In this document: positions 13,973-27,290 of the stretch, piece by piece | Position numbering within the stretch: position 1 is the stretch's first letter | How the letters are laid out: each line of letters begins with the position of its first letter | Origin: Ruditapes philippinarum | Lineage: Eukaryota | Direction of reading: 5' to 3' | Assembly (NCBI RefSeq): GCF_026571515.1 | Contig: NW_026853675.1 | Span: 62,001 to 126,000 of the forward strand | Length of the DNA: 64,000 bases | Notes under the pieces: generated by a model | The model's database searches: none | Seen by the model: the letters and a program-made list of their open reading frames with translations, nothing else | Told to the model about the DNA's origin: nothing | Program-made: the position numbers and the translations under genes

Positions 13973-16900
13973 ATGTGGAGCAAAACAGTTTTTAGTGTGG
14001 CATGTTATGGACTTTTTTCTGTGATATGTGCTCTGACAACGGATACGTCTGATATACCGAGTACGTGTTCTTTTTCATCTTTTCTATTGTTTAATTGCAA
14101 ATATCAAATTTATTTATTTATTACACATTAGATAAGTAATATATAAATGATAAAAATAGTTGCGATCCACGAATCTTGAATGTAATATTACTATGTATTA
14201 GAGTAAAGGTTGAATAAAATGTTTTGCAACTTTTATCATCATTTTTGGTTCAAAACCTTATGAACTAAAGCCCATGAACATTATATTCATAGCACAAATG
14301 ATAAAACAGGCGACTCAAAGTCATGCTATTGATCAAAACAAATATATTAGACAACAAATTGTTTTTCGTTAGAGAATTGGAGACACGACAAGTAACTAAC
14401 ATTTCAAAATACCGCTATTGTAACAAATTGTGATAACTATTAGATAATTACAAATTCGATTAATGTTGGGTGCATCAGGTTTAATTGCGGGTTGGCATTT
14501 ATAATTGATCGGTCTAAAGCTATGTTGTCTAATTAATCAATTTACAGAAAGAGGTTTCAGATGAAAAATAAAAGGTTGCAAAATAATAGTTCGACGATAT
14601 TACACAGAACAGTGTTATACTGTTAAATTTGGGAAATTTTATAGCACAAGCATTTAAACGCAGGGAATTAAATCAACCGAATCTTCAGACATAATTATAA
14701 AAATGTTATCTTGTTAGTAATATTACTTTATTTCTTTTCATTCTCCATGTTTTGTTAATACAGTCCAAAGATGTATTTGTATCATTGTATGACACTTGTT
14801 AACTTTGATGATTATGTGATGTTTAATTATATTTGAATGTATGTATTTTGTGACCATGTGCATTTTGTACACGTATTATATGAATAAACTTTCTATCAAT
14901 CTTTAAAAATAAGTTGGCATGGAGATGATATGCCGTTTGAAATACTTTTTTGACATTTTACAAAACGATTATCTATTGTTTTGTAGCTTAGAACAGAACG
15001 GCTGTCTAAAAAATTTTACGTGCGTTTACTTTATGTATTTATAGAAAAAAGACTTATCCATTAAACATATAACATTATTTATAGTGTTGTTAACGACCTG
15101 TCAATCACTGGTATATATTTTTGCCGTCACTTGATTAAGAACAGATAATATTGGGGTTGATAATGGGGAGTGGAAGGAAATAATAAAGAAAACAATGTAA
15201 ATAATTTAGGTGGAATATCTTTATTTAGATGCAATATAAACACACAAGATATATTGAAAACAATTAAACTTAAAAAATAAATTTATATATGTATTAGTAG
15301 CTGGAGTGAAATCAGTTATAATTAAAACCCGCAAAATATATCAGAACTAATACCTTGGCAAAAATTAAAAATAAAAATAACCGTCTACTCTATTTGAGAG
15401 GAAATTAAAAAATATATATACCGTGTAAACGACATCTACAATACAAATTCAAAAATATTCAAAACTTTTCGTCAATTAAAAACTGAGTACAACATTCCTA
15501 ATAAAAAAATCATTCATAATACATGCACTCTCCGTAAGTAATAATTCAAAAATATTTACCAATGCAACAGAATATGTATAAAATGTATATTATAATGTTA
15601 TTATGACATGTAAAACTAATAATTGTTAAATGTAAAATGAATGTATAATATAAAGAAAGTATAAATAAACGGGCCCTAAACGAGGTTAAAAACAACAACA
15701 ACAAATAATATTTGCGTGGGCAAATTAGAGTCCCTAAAGAAAGCCCAAAACGGCAAAATTGAAAATGTTGCAGGCTCGGTTTGATTGAGCCTGTTCATTG
15801 ACGGTGCTGTCAAATGCAGACTACCGTCCACGCCACCTAGCATCGGCTTGAGCAGAATTCAACATTTAAACATGAAATGGTAAAAATTTGAGTCTAGAAA
15901 CATTTGCAGATGTGTTCATACGGCGGTTATTATGGAACCTTCAATATGACACTTCCGTGCCATTCAATGAAAAGCGGCGTATGGTCCCCAAGAAAGCGTG
16001 TGCCCTAAACGAGAAACAATGGGCATGGAATTTCGAAAGGGGATCAGAGGTTATTAAGCCAGCATATCACAGATAAGACGTCAAAAGACAGATAGTAGGC
16101 AACATATCCTATGGGTGGTTCAACGTTAGTCAGGAAGAAATATGGGAACCACCCAACTAGGAAATGCCAAACAAGTTAAAACTAAACATACCACAAACAC
16201 AACGTCTTTAAGGATCGGAAAATTTGTTTACTGACTGTAAACAAAAATGAGTAATTCTCATTATAGTTAAAACATGATCTTTAACAAAAGCACAGTTTTG
16301 TGAAATATTTGTATGCATTCCAACATAATAATCATATAATCTTTCGTAAACTAGGCGAAAACTGGCTGATAATCACATTAACACAATCAATGTTACATGT
16401 TTCTATCTAGTGGAGCCCGACTGTATTATTCGTGATCGTAAACTTGATCTATTCTGTCAAATATTAGTGAAATTGCGTTCAACGCCCGTTGTTTAAGGGA
16501 TAAAATGAATCTGTTTAAGGTATACTGACACAATGGATACAAAGGGATTAATGTTAATATCGTTTTCAATACAATCACAAAGATTTATATTTACATTAAC
16601 TGTATCATAAGAGGATCTTTCAGTAAGTTATGCATCCACTGCTTCATTGTAGCGTTCAATAACGGTTTGAATTGTATAGCATAATATGGATGTCAAGTCA
16701 TTTCAAAGCGCACAGGTGGGCCAATTTTTTAAAGCAAAACACGGTACTCTAAGCGTTTGGTCTAAGAAAGTTTTGCGCTTGGTGGGTACCCGATTTTGCT
16801 TACTAATGTAAAGTTGAAACTATCTACTTAAGTATCTATTACCAAGGCTTAAGAAAATACTTTCCGATAAAAGATAAACGTCTAGGGATACTATTGGCAG

Positions 16901-19900
16901 TGCAATTCATCAGTATCTGTGACAGATTCCAAAAGAAGATAATATTTCAGCTTTTCGAAACTGAACAAAGAGGTTACAAAAGCGCATTTTGGTAGAGAGG
17001 GAAGTCTTTAAAGGAAACAATTTCTGAAATGTAAAAGTTGCAGTTTTATCCAGTGAAAGATCTCATTGAATGACAATCGAAAGTCGGGATTTTTTACTAA
17101 ATAAATAGACGCCACGGATAAAAATATCTGCAAAAAGTTACCAATAGTATTTAGCGTAACTTAGTTTAAAAGGATTTACATACATATTTGTATTAATTTA
17201 TCTTATATTTACATGACAATACTTTTATAAAAAGATGTATTTGTTGTTCAAATATTTACTCTAGAAAAAAATGTTTGACCAATGTCGGGCAGGGGCTTTA
17301 TCTTTATTATTCGAGGTAGAATTATCTAAAGTACAAACGGCAATGAGGCATACCCAATAATGTTTGATTTTAAAGGTGTTGTTCCAGAGAGGGACTGTGT
17401 GTGTTTCTTAGGGAGGGAGTTGAACTCTCTTGGATTTAGATATTAACATCTTTTTAAGAATTTATGGCAAACTTTCGTGTTACTAGTATCTCCTCTGTGA
17501 AAACTAATTCACTGGACAATGCATTTTGCATTATCCCTTGTCGGAATTGTGCGACCGCCCCCACCCCCTCAGGTAAGAAATCGTGGAGCCGCGTATTTAA
17601 ACTGATAGTTCATTAGCATGTTTGTGTTTTGTATTTATATTCTTTTATGTGCAGCCTTGCTTTAACATGAATATTTATCATACAACAACCAATTTTTAAA
17701 TTTCAGAGTTGAAGTTGCTATGTGGAAGAGGCAACATCACTCAAGGGATGGAAAATACCATCAAGGTTAGAATATGTACATCTTATATATTAACTTTGAA
17801 TATTCTTTAAGTTGATTTTATCGATAGCCAAAAAGGTATGCTATTGAAAAGCAACAACTTACAAGCAGTGTGGAAAAATAACACACTAACGTGTATTCAT
17901 AAGTGAAAATGATTTGTTTGGAATTTATATGTTTTATATACACATAAGTTCAATATTGTGTAAACCATTCCATTTTGAAATTAACATAAAATGCAACAAT
18001 TATGTTCAAAGAATCAATCATCCGATATAAAAACATTCCTTTCCTTTGTGGATTCAGGGATTAGTTATTTACATTATTGAATATGCACAAAAGCGGTTTA
18101 AAAGTTCGCGGTCATACATAATGAAATAAAAGAATACCGATATACAGAATGTTTGATCAATTTCACATTTTGTAGTATGGGGGCCTCCGGGAGTCGCCGA
18201 CTTTAAAATACTTGCCCGCCACCGCATTTGGGCGTGACTTTAGTTTCTTTCATGTCAGGAAGTGATTAAGCTTGTTTATGAAAGGTCAGTGGTTCTCCGC
18301 TTATGTCTGAGGGGCACTTTGGTCTTCTTCCATCAGAGAAGCTGGAAAGTCGCCATCAAAATCCATCAAGAGTAATAACAACATATAGAAAGAAAAAAAA
18401 AGAAAGAAAGAAAGAAAGAAAGAAAAAAAGAAAAAAAAAGAAACAAACGAATATTAGTAATATAAGACATGCGTTACTGTTTGTTTGATATGTTTGCGAT
18501 TTACTCGTTACTATAAAAATCATTCTGTGTGAAATGATTATACATACATATCGATAATTGAAATTTAATATTTCATAGACTTTTCTCCCATGTTTAATAT
18601 TGAATGCAGGCATAATGAACTGTTACGCTAACTTCATTACTTTCTTTACAGAGTATTTGTCGTTCCAATTACAGCGTAATGGCCCCGGAAATATCAACCA
18701 TCCCGAGCGACAAATTTCCATTAATGTTTGTATCGTACATCAAGGACGATTCGGGGCAAGAATCTTCTCGCGTTGAGATGGAAAGTATGTAAATTAATTA
18801 TTATCGTAAAACAAGAACAAAATCAACTTAAAGCATTTCAAATAATAAAAAAACGCCAAACATAATATTTTTATACTCCAAACTCCTTAAACTGAATAAT
18901 TTATATTTTATTTACATCTGTTTCTACAAATTATTTCCTAATTATCTTTTCCAGTAAACAGTCCAACTGACCTAATGGACAAGGATAATATAACAAAATT
19001 TGTACCAGTTGGAGTTATGGCCCTTTCTGGAAGCACGTGCTCTATTAGAGGTAGGGAACCAGTAAACGTTCTTAATAATTTTTGTGTATTTTATTTATGC
19101 AGGCTTATATCTAATAAGCTATTCTTGAAAACAAAACATCAAAAAGAATATTCTGTTCCCACCGTCATCGTGAATTACAGATAATAGTTACGCTCACCAG
19201 TATGTAATTAAGAAAGTTAAGGTACTGAAAACTGTTTATATAAATACTTGGCATTTTGAGTGCATATTTTTATCATAATAATTTATTTAAACGGATGTTT
19301 GTATCTTTCGTATGTGTTTGTTAGCTTTGCAAAGAAAGAATCACAGAAAAATCCCGTAATTATCAAGAACAACATTATACATTGTAATATTATTCGTGGT
19401 GTAAAAGGCACTATTGTCAAAGTATTTTTTTCAGGAGCTTCAGTCCATTTTGAACTGGAATCTACAAATGGAGCTCTCTTATATCAGGCCCAGGTCAAGC
19501 GCAGAATCTGGTGTGACAACAGCGGTAAACATTTTGATAAAAGACATATAAATGATATAGACTATTTAAGCATAATAAATAAACATGATGTACAACGCCC
19601 GAACTGAGTATGATATTAACCTTCAAATAGAAACGTTCTAGCACAGCACGTGCTAATAAACTTAAGCACAAGCTATTTTAAAAGATAATTGTACTTGCAA
19701 ATATATTCTACAGAAAATGAGTTTATCACTAACTATGGGTGCAATGTATTAAGAAAACCAACAAAACAGAAAAGTAATTATAAAAGTAATTATTGCATTT
19801 CACAGCTAAGTTGAAGCAGCATGCCTCCAGATAATTCAAAATCTTTCAAGAAAATGAAACTTGAGAAATCTAAGATTTTTAGAAAAAGATCCAAGTAATA

Positions 19901-22900
19901 GTTTACAGGTTATTTGCGATTAATTAGTGATTTTGGTGTACCCATTATGTACAAGAAATACTTAAAAAAAAAATTTCAAAAGCTTTTTAATTTTAGTGTA
20001 CTTTATCAATTTCCAAAATGTTAATTGTCGGTAATTTACCTGAATTCTCTTTTTGGCAATAAGTATAGTAATAGTGATTAAGTACTATGTATGGAAGTCA
20101 AAATACTACTTTATTTACACTTTGCAATTTTTGTGACGAATATTTTTCCATTTAGCGCTCCTTTTTTAAAAAAAAAAAACAAGCATCTGACAAGCTCTTA
20201 AGTACTTCAACATATTTGAACATTATTAAACTAATGTAGCAGGAAAAATATTTTCGTTCCTTAGGTATTATGTGCCTTTAATTCTTAAAGTTATTAAATG
20301 CCCTTGTTGCCTCAAAAATGCTTTGAATTTTATTTCTCAAAAGCTTTTTAGTTTTGATGTCCTTTTTACAGTTTTCATAAAATTATTCATTTGCCAATTG
20401 CCTGAAGAGTTTTTTTTTCTCTCTGATGCTTTTTTGCAATAAGTACAGTTATAGCGAATGAGTATTTTTAATGAAAGCCAAAATACTACTTTGTTCACAT
20501 TTTACTTCTTTAATGACAAATTATTTCAGATTTATCGCTACTTTCTTCAGGTAGCAATCATCTAACAATCTCTAAAAAACGAGAATAAAGATCAACGTTC
20601 ACAGGACGCAGCAAAAACCATTATTTAAACATTATAAAATTCATGTTTGCCCTTTCTAAAGAAGTAAAACTTTATTTGTTCCTAAGGTACACGTGTCTTT
20701 CACTCTCAAAGTTATTAAGTCACCTAAAGGAAGGAATTATTATGTCAAAACTTGTTTATCTTATTCTACGGTGTTTCTCATTATCTAAACTTAAATGCTT
20801 TCACTGAATTATTAATTATTTTAAACCTACACCATTTAGGAAAAATAGTACAAAATGTTAAAGTTCCGCAATCGATTTTCCGATCTAATAAGAAACACGT
20901 ACGATAAACGAGATAGAAAGCATAATGTTCTTCCCTTTTGTGTAAAATGGAAAATACATTTGCATATTTCTTTATTCATAAAGGGGCATGATTCCTTGTA
21001 AAACTGAATACATGTATTTGAGCACATGAATTTGAAATTTATTATTTCATTAAACATAGGTCTGTGTATTGAAGAAATTTTATAACATTACCATCTAAAG
21101 GCTGTTTCTAACTATATCGTTACAATAATCATCTCTCTTTTAAAAGTATAGTTCAATAATATTTCAAATTAAGCATCTTTAATATAAAATTAAAGTGACA
21201 ATAGCAATGTTTGTTTATTTTAATGTAGATGTTGATTTGGCGATGCAAGTGACTGGTGGAGAAACACCGACAATTTACCTGGATGGAATAAACTCCCTAA
21301 TGACAGCTTTGTCCGGGTCTAATGTTGAGGTAAAAATCTAGTTTTTTATTGACGTATTAACATATCAATCAGTAAACTTTGTTTTCAATATGATAATTTT
21401 ATCGTGAATTTAATTATTTCTAAAACTCGATCAAATAATAGAAGTTGCTTAGTAATAAAATCAAAAACAATATATTATTTACGTTAGAAGTGTTTTATTC
21501 GTATATGAATTCCGTCTGTATCAACCAATATGATTTAGATTTTCAAGTTTTATATTTTATGTTCATTTCAAGACAAATAAACAATTCCAAAATATTTGAC
21601 TATAAATTATGCAAAGTAGGAACTTTGAAGTAGACTGTAGTTCGCGTGGACATTGCAACCGTTTTTCTTTTTCCGGAACAATGTAAAGAATTGAAGTGTT
21701 CCATTAATCAGATTTTATACACACATTTTAGGTGGTGGCCAAAAACCTAGGCGGAGACTTTCAGGAATTCGTGACAGAGGAAGGAAAAGTGCCGCTCGGG
21801 ATATTTGCTGCAGCGTTCGTAACAAAATATCGTAAAGGAATGCCACTCACAGAAACAGAATGTCTGAATAATGTCAATCATTCAGTACCAGAAATTACTG
21901 ACAAAGATATCATTGTTGCACATGAACTATTCACTGGTAGTAATAATCTATTTATAAATAATTGTAGTTATAATAAATAAACTCTTTACAAATATATTCT
22001 TGTATAAATATGTAATTACCAGTATATTGTTAATTTCAGTGTATGAAGAAAAAATCTTAAAGTGAAATTCTAAAAGGTTGACAAAAACTAATTCTAACAG
22101 TTATTTTGACTGTGATTGATTTTTTGGTAACACTTGATAGTAATCTTGTTATTTCATATTTTGCAGCCAATGCTGACCTGCCATCAACAAAAATCTCTGA
22201 CCTAGTGAAGTTGAATGACGATGAACTGGACATTTGCGGTCTGTAATAAAATAATATCTTGTGTTTTAATGTTAATTTTATGATATTTGTCTTCCAATGA
22301 TGTATATTACTCACACTTTAAATTCATAGAATTAAACGGCTATATTTTTGATGTAGATTTATCTAACAAAACAAAAAGATAGGTAACTGTAGTGTTGTGA
22401 ACTATGCATTGCATTACAGCTAAGAGATAACAGGCGGAATACAGGCATAAATATTCTACCGTATTTGTAAAGACTTAACTCAAAGAATTCGAAAGGATAA
22501 CTGTTCTTTCATTTCTGAGATTTGAGGTAGCTTTATTTGGTGAAATATGTACATGTATGCAATTGTATTTATGCACTTTTTGGACTAGCGGTAATAAATT
22601 GTACATGGCAGCAGCAGATGATCATAAGATAGCAATTAAGACTTAAGTAAAATGGGTACAATCTAATATAGCTACAATTACTGGACTTTTATTTATTTAT
22701 AATTGTTTATACTGCCAGAATTATCTTTTTTGAAGGATTTTTTATATCTATATACAGGTGATTATGTGTTAGTACTGCTAATTGACGTTCTGAACACACT
22801 AGGGAACGAAGGAAATCGCTGCAACAATTTTGTTACTTTCCGTATAAATTCTACGAAAAAATGTGATTCAGGTATGAAAAATATTTTTTTACAATCTTAA

Positions 22901-25900
22901 TGTAATGCTTGATTACGATTACAAGATGTACAGCACTTGAACAACTTCCGGCAATACAATATTACAACAAAAGCAATATGAAAACTTAATTAAACATTGC
23001 AATTGTAAAATACTACAGTACACTGAAAAGCTTTCTAACAAAACATTAAGCGATGCATCTCAATTATGTGCAAAACATTATGAAAAGATACAGCGCAGAA
23101 CTAAATGCAAAATGAAATGAATAAAAAAATTAATTTCTACTGTTTACAGTGTTGTACAAATCATAGTAAAAGTGACGTTATTCAGTTGAGCAAACCGTTT
23201 ACATTTTCACATTAATGTTGTTTTATTATTTTTGTTTTATCTCAACAATGTACATCGCGCTTGATTACGGAGATAAATCTAAATGATGTTATAAAGTACT
23301 AGTATCTTTAAAAGTCATGATTTTCTATCAAAATCAATTTTACCCTGATATAAAGTAATTCTATCCATGTATGTTGCAATATCGAATTTTTAAAAATCTT
23401 TATCAATGACCACCATTTCAAGTATAAACATTATATTAAAAGTAACAGCAACTGTGCAAAAGAGAACACTGCAAGATCATTTTAAAGAAATATTTCCATA
23501 CGAAAATATTTCAAATAAGCAATATAACGTTATTTTTTAAGTGCATCCACGTTGTGAATTGATAAGGAACGCATGGACTGATGGTGAAGCACGAATTGTT
23601 TATAGAGGTAAACGTGACACGACAATGGAACCGTATGGGAAGTCATTCTCATTTCAGGTATATCTCATATAACACTATCTTGACTTTAACTTCTACTTAT
23701 TTAGATAGTCGGAGAAATTACTTTGATAAAGATTATTAATCAAATTCTTTTAATGCTTACCTTTTTTCTCTGAGATGAGGAAACGCTTTTGTTTTAAATG
23801 GTTATCTGTATATCTATTAATTTCACAGACATTTTCATAGGCCATGAGTTATGCAAATAGTTTACTGAAAAGTGAAAAGTTTCTTTTCTTTTCAAAGAAT
23901 GATATTATGTATACATTTTGATGTCCTGTTTTAACACCAACGTTAGTGGTAAAGAATTTATGCTCATAGCTACATAGGTATTTTTGATTTCAGGACGAAA
24001 AACTAGAAGAAGTATACGAGAGCATGCAAGAGAAGATGTACATGAAAAATGCATATGGTCGGTTGAAGCTTCTGAGACATTACATAGAGAAACTCGTTGA
24101 AAACAGTCCTGGATTATGTACCGGTAAGTTAAAACATTTATATAAGTGTTATTCTGTGGTTATAATAATAAAGTTAATTATTGGATCGGAATTTCCCAGT
24201 TTTGATAAACATTTTTTTTTAAATCTTGATTAAATAGAGAACAAACATTTAACACTGCACATATTTACATTATTTTGCTACATTTGCAGAGTCATCTGAT
24301 ATGGTACACAAAATGGAAGAAAATGCAGATGACAGTGTCGTACCAGAGGAAAATGAGCCAACACTACCAAGTTCAGTTCTGAACGTTATTGAAAAACTTA
24401 AACAACTAAGCGATCCAAGTGTAGTAGGTTTAGCTTGTTTTATTGTATTAGGTAACTATAGGTACCTGTTCATGGTCAAGGATTCAGACCAAAAATTGAC
24501 AATAATTAGATATACCTGTTTTACGTAACCAGTAAATATTTAGCCATTTAATTTTATAATTATATAATCATATGTGAAAGGAAAAATATACTTAAAGTGG
24601 CATCATGCCCATCTGTTGGTAAATGGTCGGTGAACTGGTAAAAATCAAAATTTGACGTTTTGCATCGTGTTCAATTTTAAATTTTATCATGAAAAATGAT
24701 CAGTAATTCACATTACCGACGGAAACGTCTATAAACAGCTTTCGAATATATCAGATCGTTTATATATTGTATCATATACATTTTTCAATATCAATTAGTG
24801 GTCAATTATCATTTTAATAGTCAATCTTTAAAAATATATACTGAACATGACATTGTAACCATGTCACTTTAATAGGACATCAATATATACTGTTTATTCC
24901 TATCTTTATTTTCTTATTTAGATATTCAAGTTAGATATGAAGTTCAATTTATTTAGCTTCAAATGTAGCTTTAGATTATCAGAAAATCAAATCCTCATTA
25001 GTATTATCATTATGTTTTTGAATTGAATTTATCCAAATTCAGTTATTGAATGGTTTACCACAGTTGTCAAATATTCATTCACAGGACAGTAGTACCATTG
25101 TTTTGGAATTTGAAAATGCGCTCAAACAATTAGAAGCTCAAACTACCGTTGGCAAAAACCTTTATGAAATGCTCGTGCATAAAATGGAAATACATGCGTT
25201 GGGAGAAGCATTACATGTCATATCTGAAGGTGGCTCTACTACGGACACTAGTTACTGTGACTTACCGGGACGTTTTGAAGAAATGCAATGGAAATACACA
25301 GATGGTCAAGACATACATGAAGATATGTTCAATCTTGCAGGTGATACTGTTTCGGCCTTTGTCAGTAATCCTGGCTTATCCTGTCTGGAGAAAATTCTCA
25401 AGCGTTTTCTAATTTTTGCTGAAAAGGCTGATGCAAGTGAGGTAGTCGATCCCGCGTATCTCACAGCTGACGAAGAATCGGTTGCTAAAGAAGATGATCT
25501 TAGACATTGCGCAAAACCAAGCAGGTGTATCAAGAAGCTGCATAGAATGTGTAACGCTAAAGACATTTCCATATGGCAGGAAATTGACGAAGAAAGCAAA
25601 TCTGAAATTTGTAAGATGTATGTGATGAAGAAAGTGGCAAGGGAAAGTTTTATGACATTGGGTATGCCGGATATATACAACAAAATGAAACACTACGATG
25701 ACGTACGTAAGTAGAATTTTATTCTGTTTGTGATACATTGTGTATGCAAATTATGAAAGTGGATTCTGTTTTACTCTATTTTATTGTCACATCCGTGTTA
25801 TTTGTGCCGTGTGGCGGCTGTAAAAAGTCTCCCCGTACATTAAATTAATGATGTTATATTTTCGATCCGTGAAGATCGTTCAGCACGACATTTTTGTTGT

Positions 25901-27290
25901 GTATACATTTTGGGTGGTATTTTTGGTTTCTTGTAATTGGCCTTTTTCAACTCGGGTGGTTCCAGTGTTCCTACTTATATCCTGTATAATCACCCTCAGG
26001 ATATGTTGCCTGCTTTTTAAATTTATCTTTTGACGTCTTGTCTGTGATATACAGGCTTCATAACCTCAGATCCCTTTTCAAAATTCCATTTTATTTAGTT
26101 TCGCCCATTGTTTTCTCGTTTAGGGCACGCGCATTCTTTTACTAAGGGAACATACGCCGCTTTTCATGGAATGACACTACTATGTCATATTGAAGGTTCC
26201 ATGATAACCGCCGTATGAACACATCTGCGGATGTTTCCAAATTCAAAACAGTTTTCTTAAAGGATTCTGTTTTACTCTATTTTTAGTGGTTAACCCGTCG
26301 GACTAGTGACCGAAAGATCGCTCGCTAAACCCAATCAAGGGCAAGTCGTTGTTTCTTCGAGCTATAAAACTTAACACTCATTGCTCAGTACTGGTTGGTT
26401 TCCAGGAACGGACTCGAAAGTGTGTCTATTTCCTTATAGCTTCCTACGAAATCAAAGTAAGAACAAAACTAAAAAAGAGGAAACTGAAATCCCCAAAGAA
26501 CGCCAGTAGAATGATGCAGTTTTTCTTATTGTATATGCGGATTGCAAGTTAACAATAGCACCAGATATTCATAAGAAAGTTAAGCTTTTTTAAATCCGAC
26601 ATTTAGAATTCCTAATAACTTAAAGTTAGTAATATCTGTATGAAATAATAAATATATATAAGAAGCTCGATCAATTCAGTTGTATTTTTATTCAAGAATT
26701 ATTTCATTATTCATGACTTTCAGAATGTAACCGGGATCCTCTAAAGCCAGATCAAGCCGGACCTCCAACATATTGGAAAGAGATGAGTAAGTGTATCTTT
26801 TTAATAACTAACTGTCAAAAAAACAATAAATATTTAGTTTAAAAGTAAATAAAATGATATTGATAAGGTCTTAAAATTGTTCTACGTAATTTTCAGTAAC
26901 ATTCAAAATGATGATTTAAAGGTAAAGTTACTAAGGGTAATGGCAGGAGAACAAATATTGTCTCAAAGGTAATATGGAAAACATGAGCGATACTTGTTAA
27001 CAGAAATGACCGCCACATGCGATAAGACATCTGAAAATATTTACCATAGTAACAAAATTTTAATAAAAAGAGTACTTTACCAGTCTAGTTCTTTTATCAT
27101 CTTAGCTGAGAATGGACGGAAATACATTATGCATGGTATGATGAATGAAGATGCTTCGAAAATAGCTTGGCGCAAAAAAGCTGTATGCAGCTGTACAGAA
27201 TGTGTCGCAGGGGGTATGACCGGAGAGTCTGGCGGTGAAACACCAACTGAAGGTGGGAACGATGGAATGATGCGCAGGAGGAGAAAATAG
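13973..27290 (+). CDS. Gene A: uncharacterised secreted Cys-rich protein, 749 aa, 15 exons (paralog 1 of 3)
   Basis: Exons: 13973-14060, 17707-17765, 18652-18784, 18955-19050, 19435-19524, 21229-21329, 21732-21936, 22167-22238, 22758-22871, 23542-23657, 23994-24123, 24290-24423, 25043-25706, 26724-26786, 27106-27290. All introns are GT-AG, phases are consistent, and the total of 2250 nt has no internal stop. Signal peptide MWSKTVFSVACYGLFSVICA. AATAAA directly after the stop. Exon-by-exon similarity to genes B and C. Confidence 0.88.
15735..16115. repeat. Interspersed repeat in gene A intron 1
   Basis: Direct similarity to 2590-2780 and inverted similarity to 25990-26245. Confidence 0.75.
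18178..18358 (+). mobile_element. Degraded tRNA-derived SINE followed by A-rich tail
   Basis: GGGGCCTCCG head and ...GGTCTTCTTCCATCAGAGAAGCTGGAAAGTCGCCAT body, reverse-complement-similar to 4450-4610 and 47218-47420; (GAAA)n/polyA at 18388-18445. Confidence 0.6.
19979..20725. repeat. Diverged tandem duplication (~360-390 bp unit) in gene A intron 5
   Basis: Paired blocks AAGCTTTTTA, GCAATAAGTA.AGT.ATAG, CAAAATACTACTTT and TTCCT.AGGTA...AAAGTTATTAA each occur twice in the same order. Confidence 0.6.
25783..26261. mobile_element. Insertion flanked by a 22-bp direct repeat (target-site duplication), containing an inverted copy of the 15895-16115 repeat
   Basis: GGATTCTGTTTTACTCTATTTT at 25761-25782 and 26262-26283; long TSDs are typical of TPRT-mediated (non-LTR) insertion. 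Confidence 0.65.
26284..26475 (+). mobile_element. CORE-type SINE remnant
   Basis: Degenerate tRNA-like head (AGTGGTTAA), then ACTTAACACTCATTGCTCAGTACTGGTTGGTTTCCAGGAACGGACTCGA resembling CORE-SINE body, then an A-rich end. Confidence 0.5.

Noticed and set aside
27106-27290. C-terminal CxCxxC as a cystine-knot hormone or Wnt-like domain
   Set aside because: The upstream CxGxC motif and the required Cys spacing are absent in all three paralogs.
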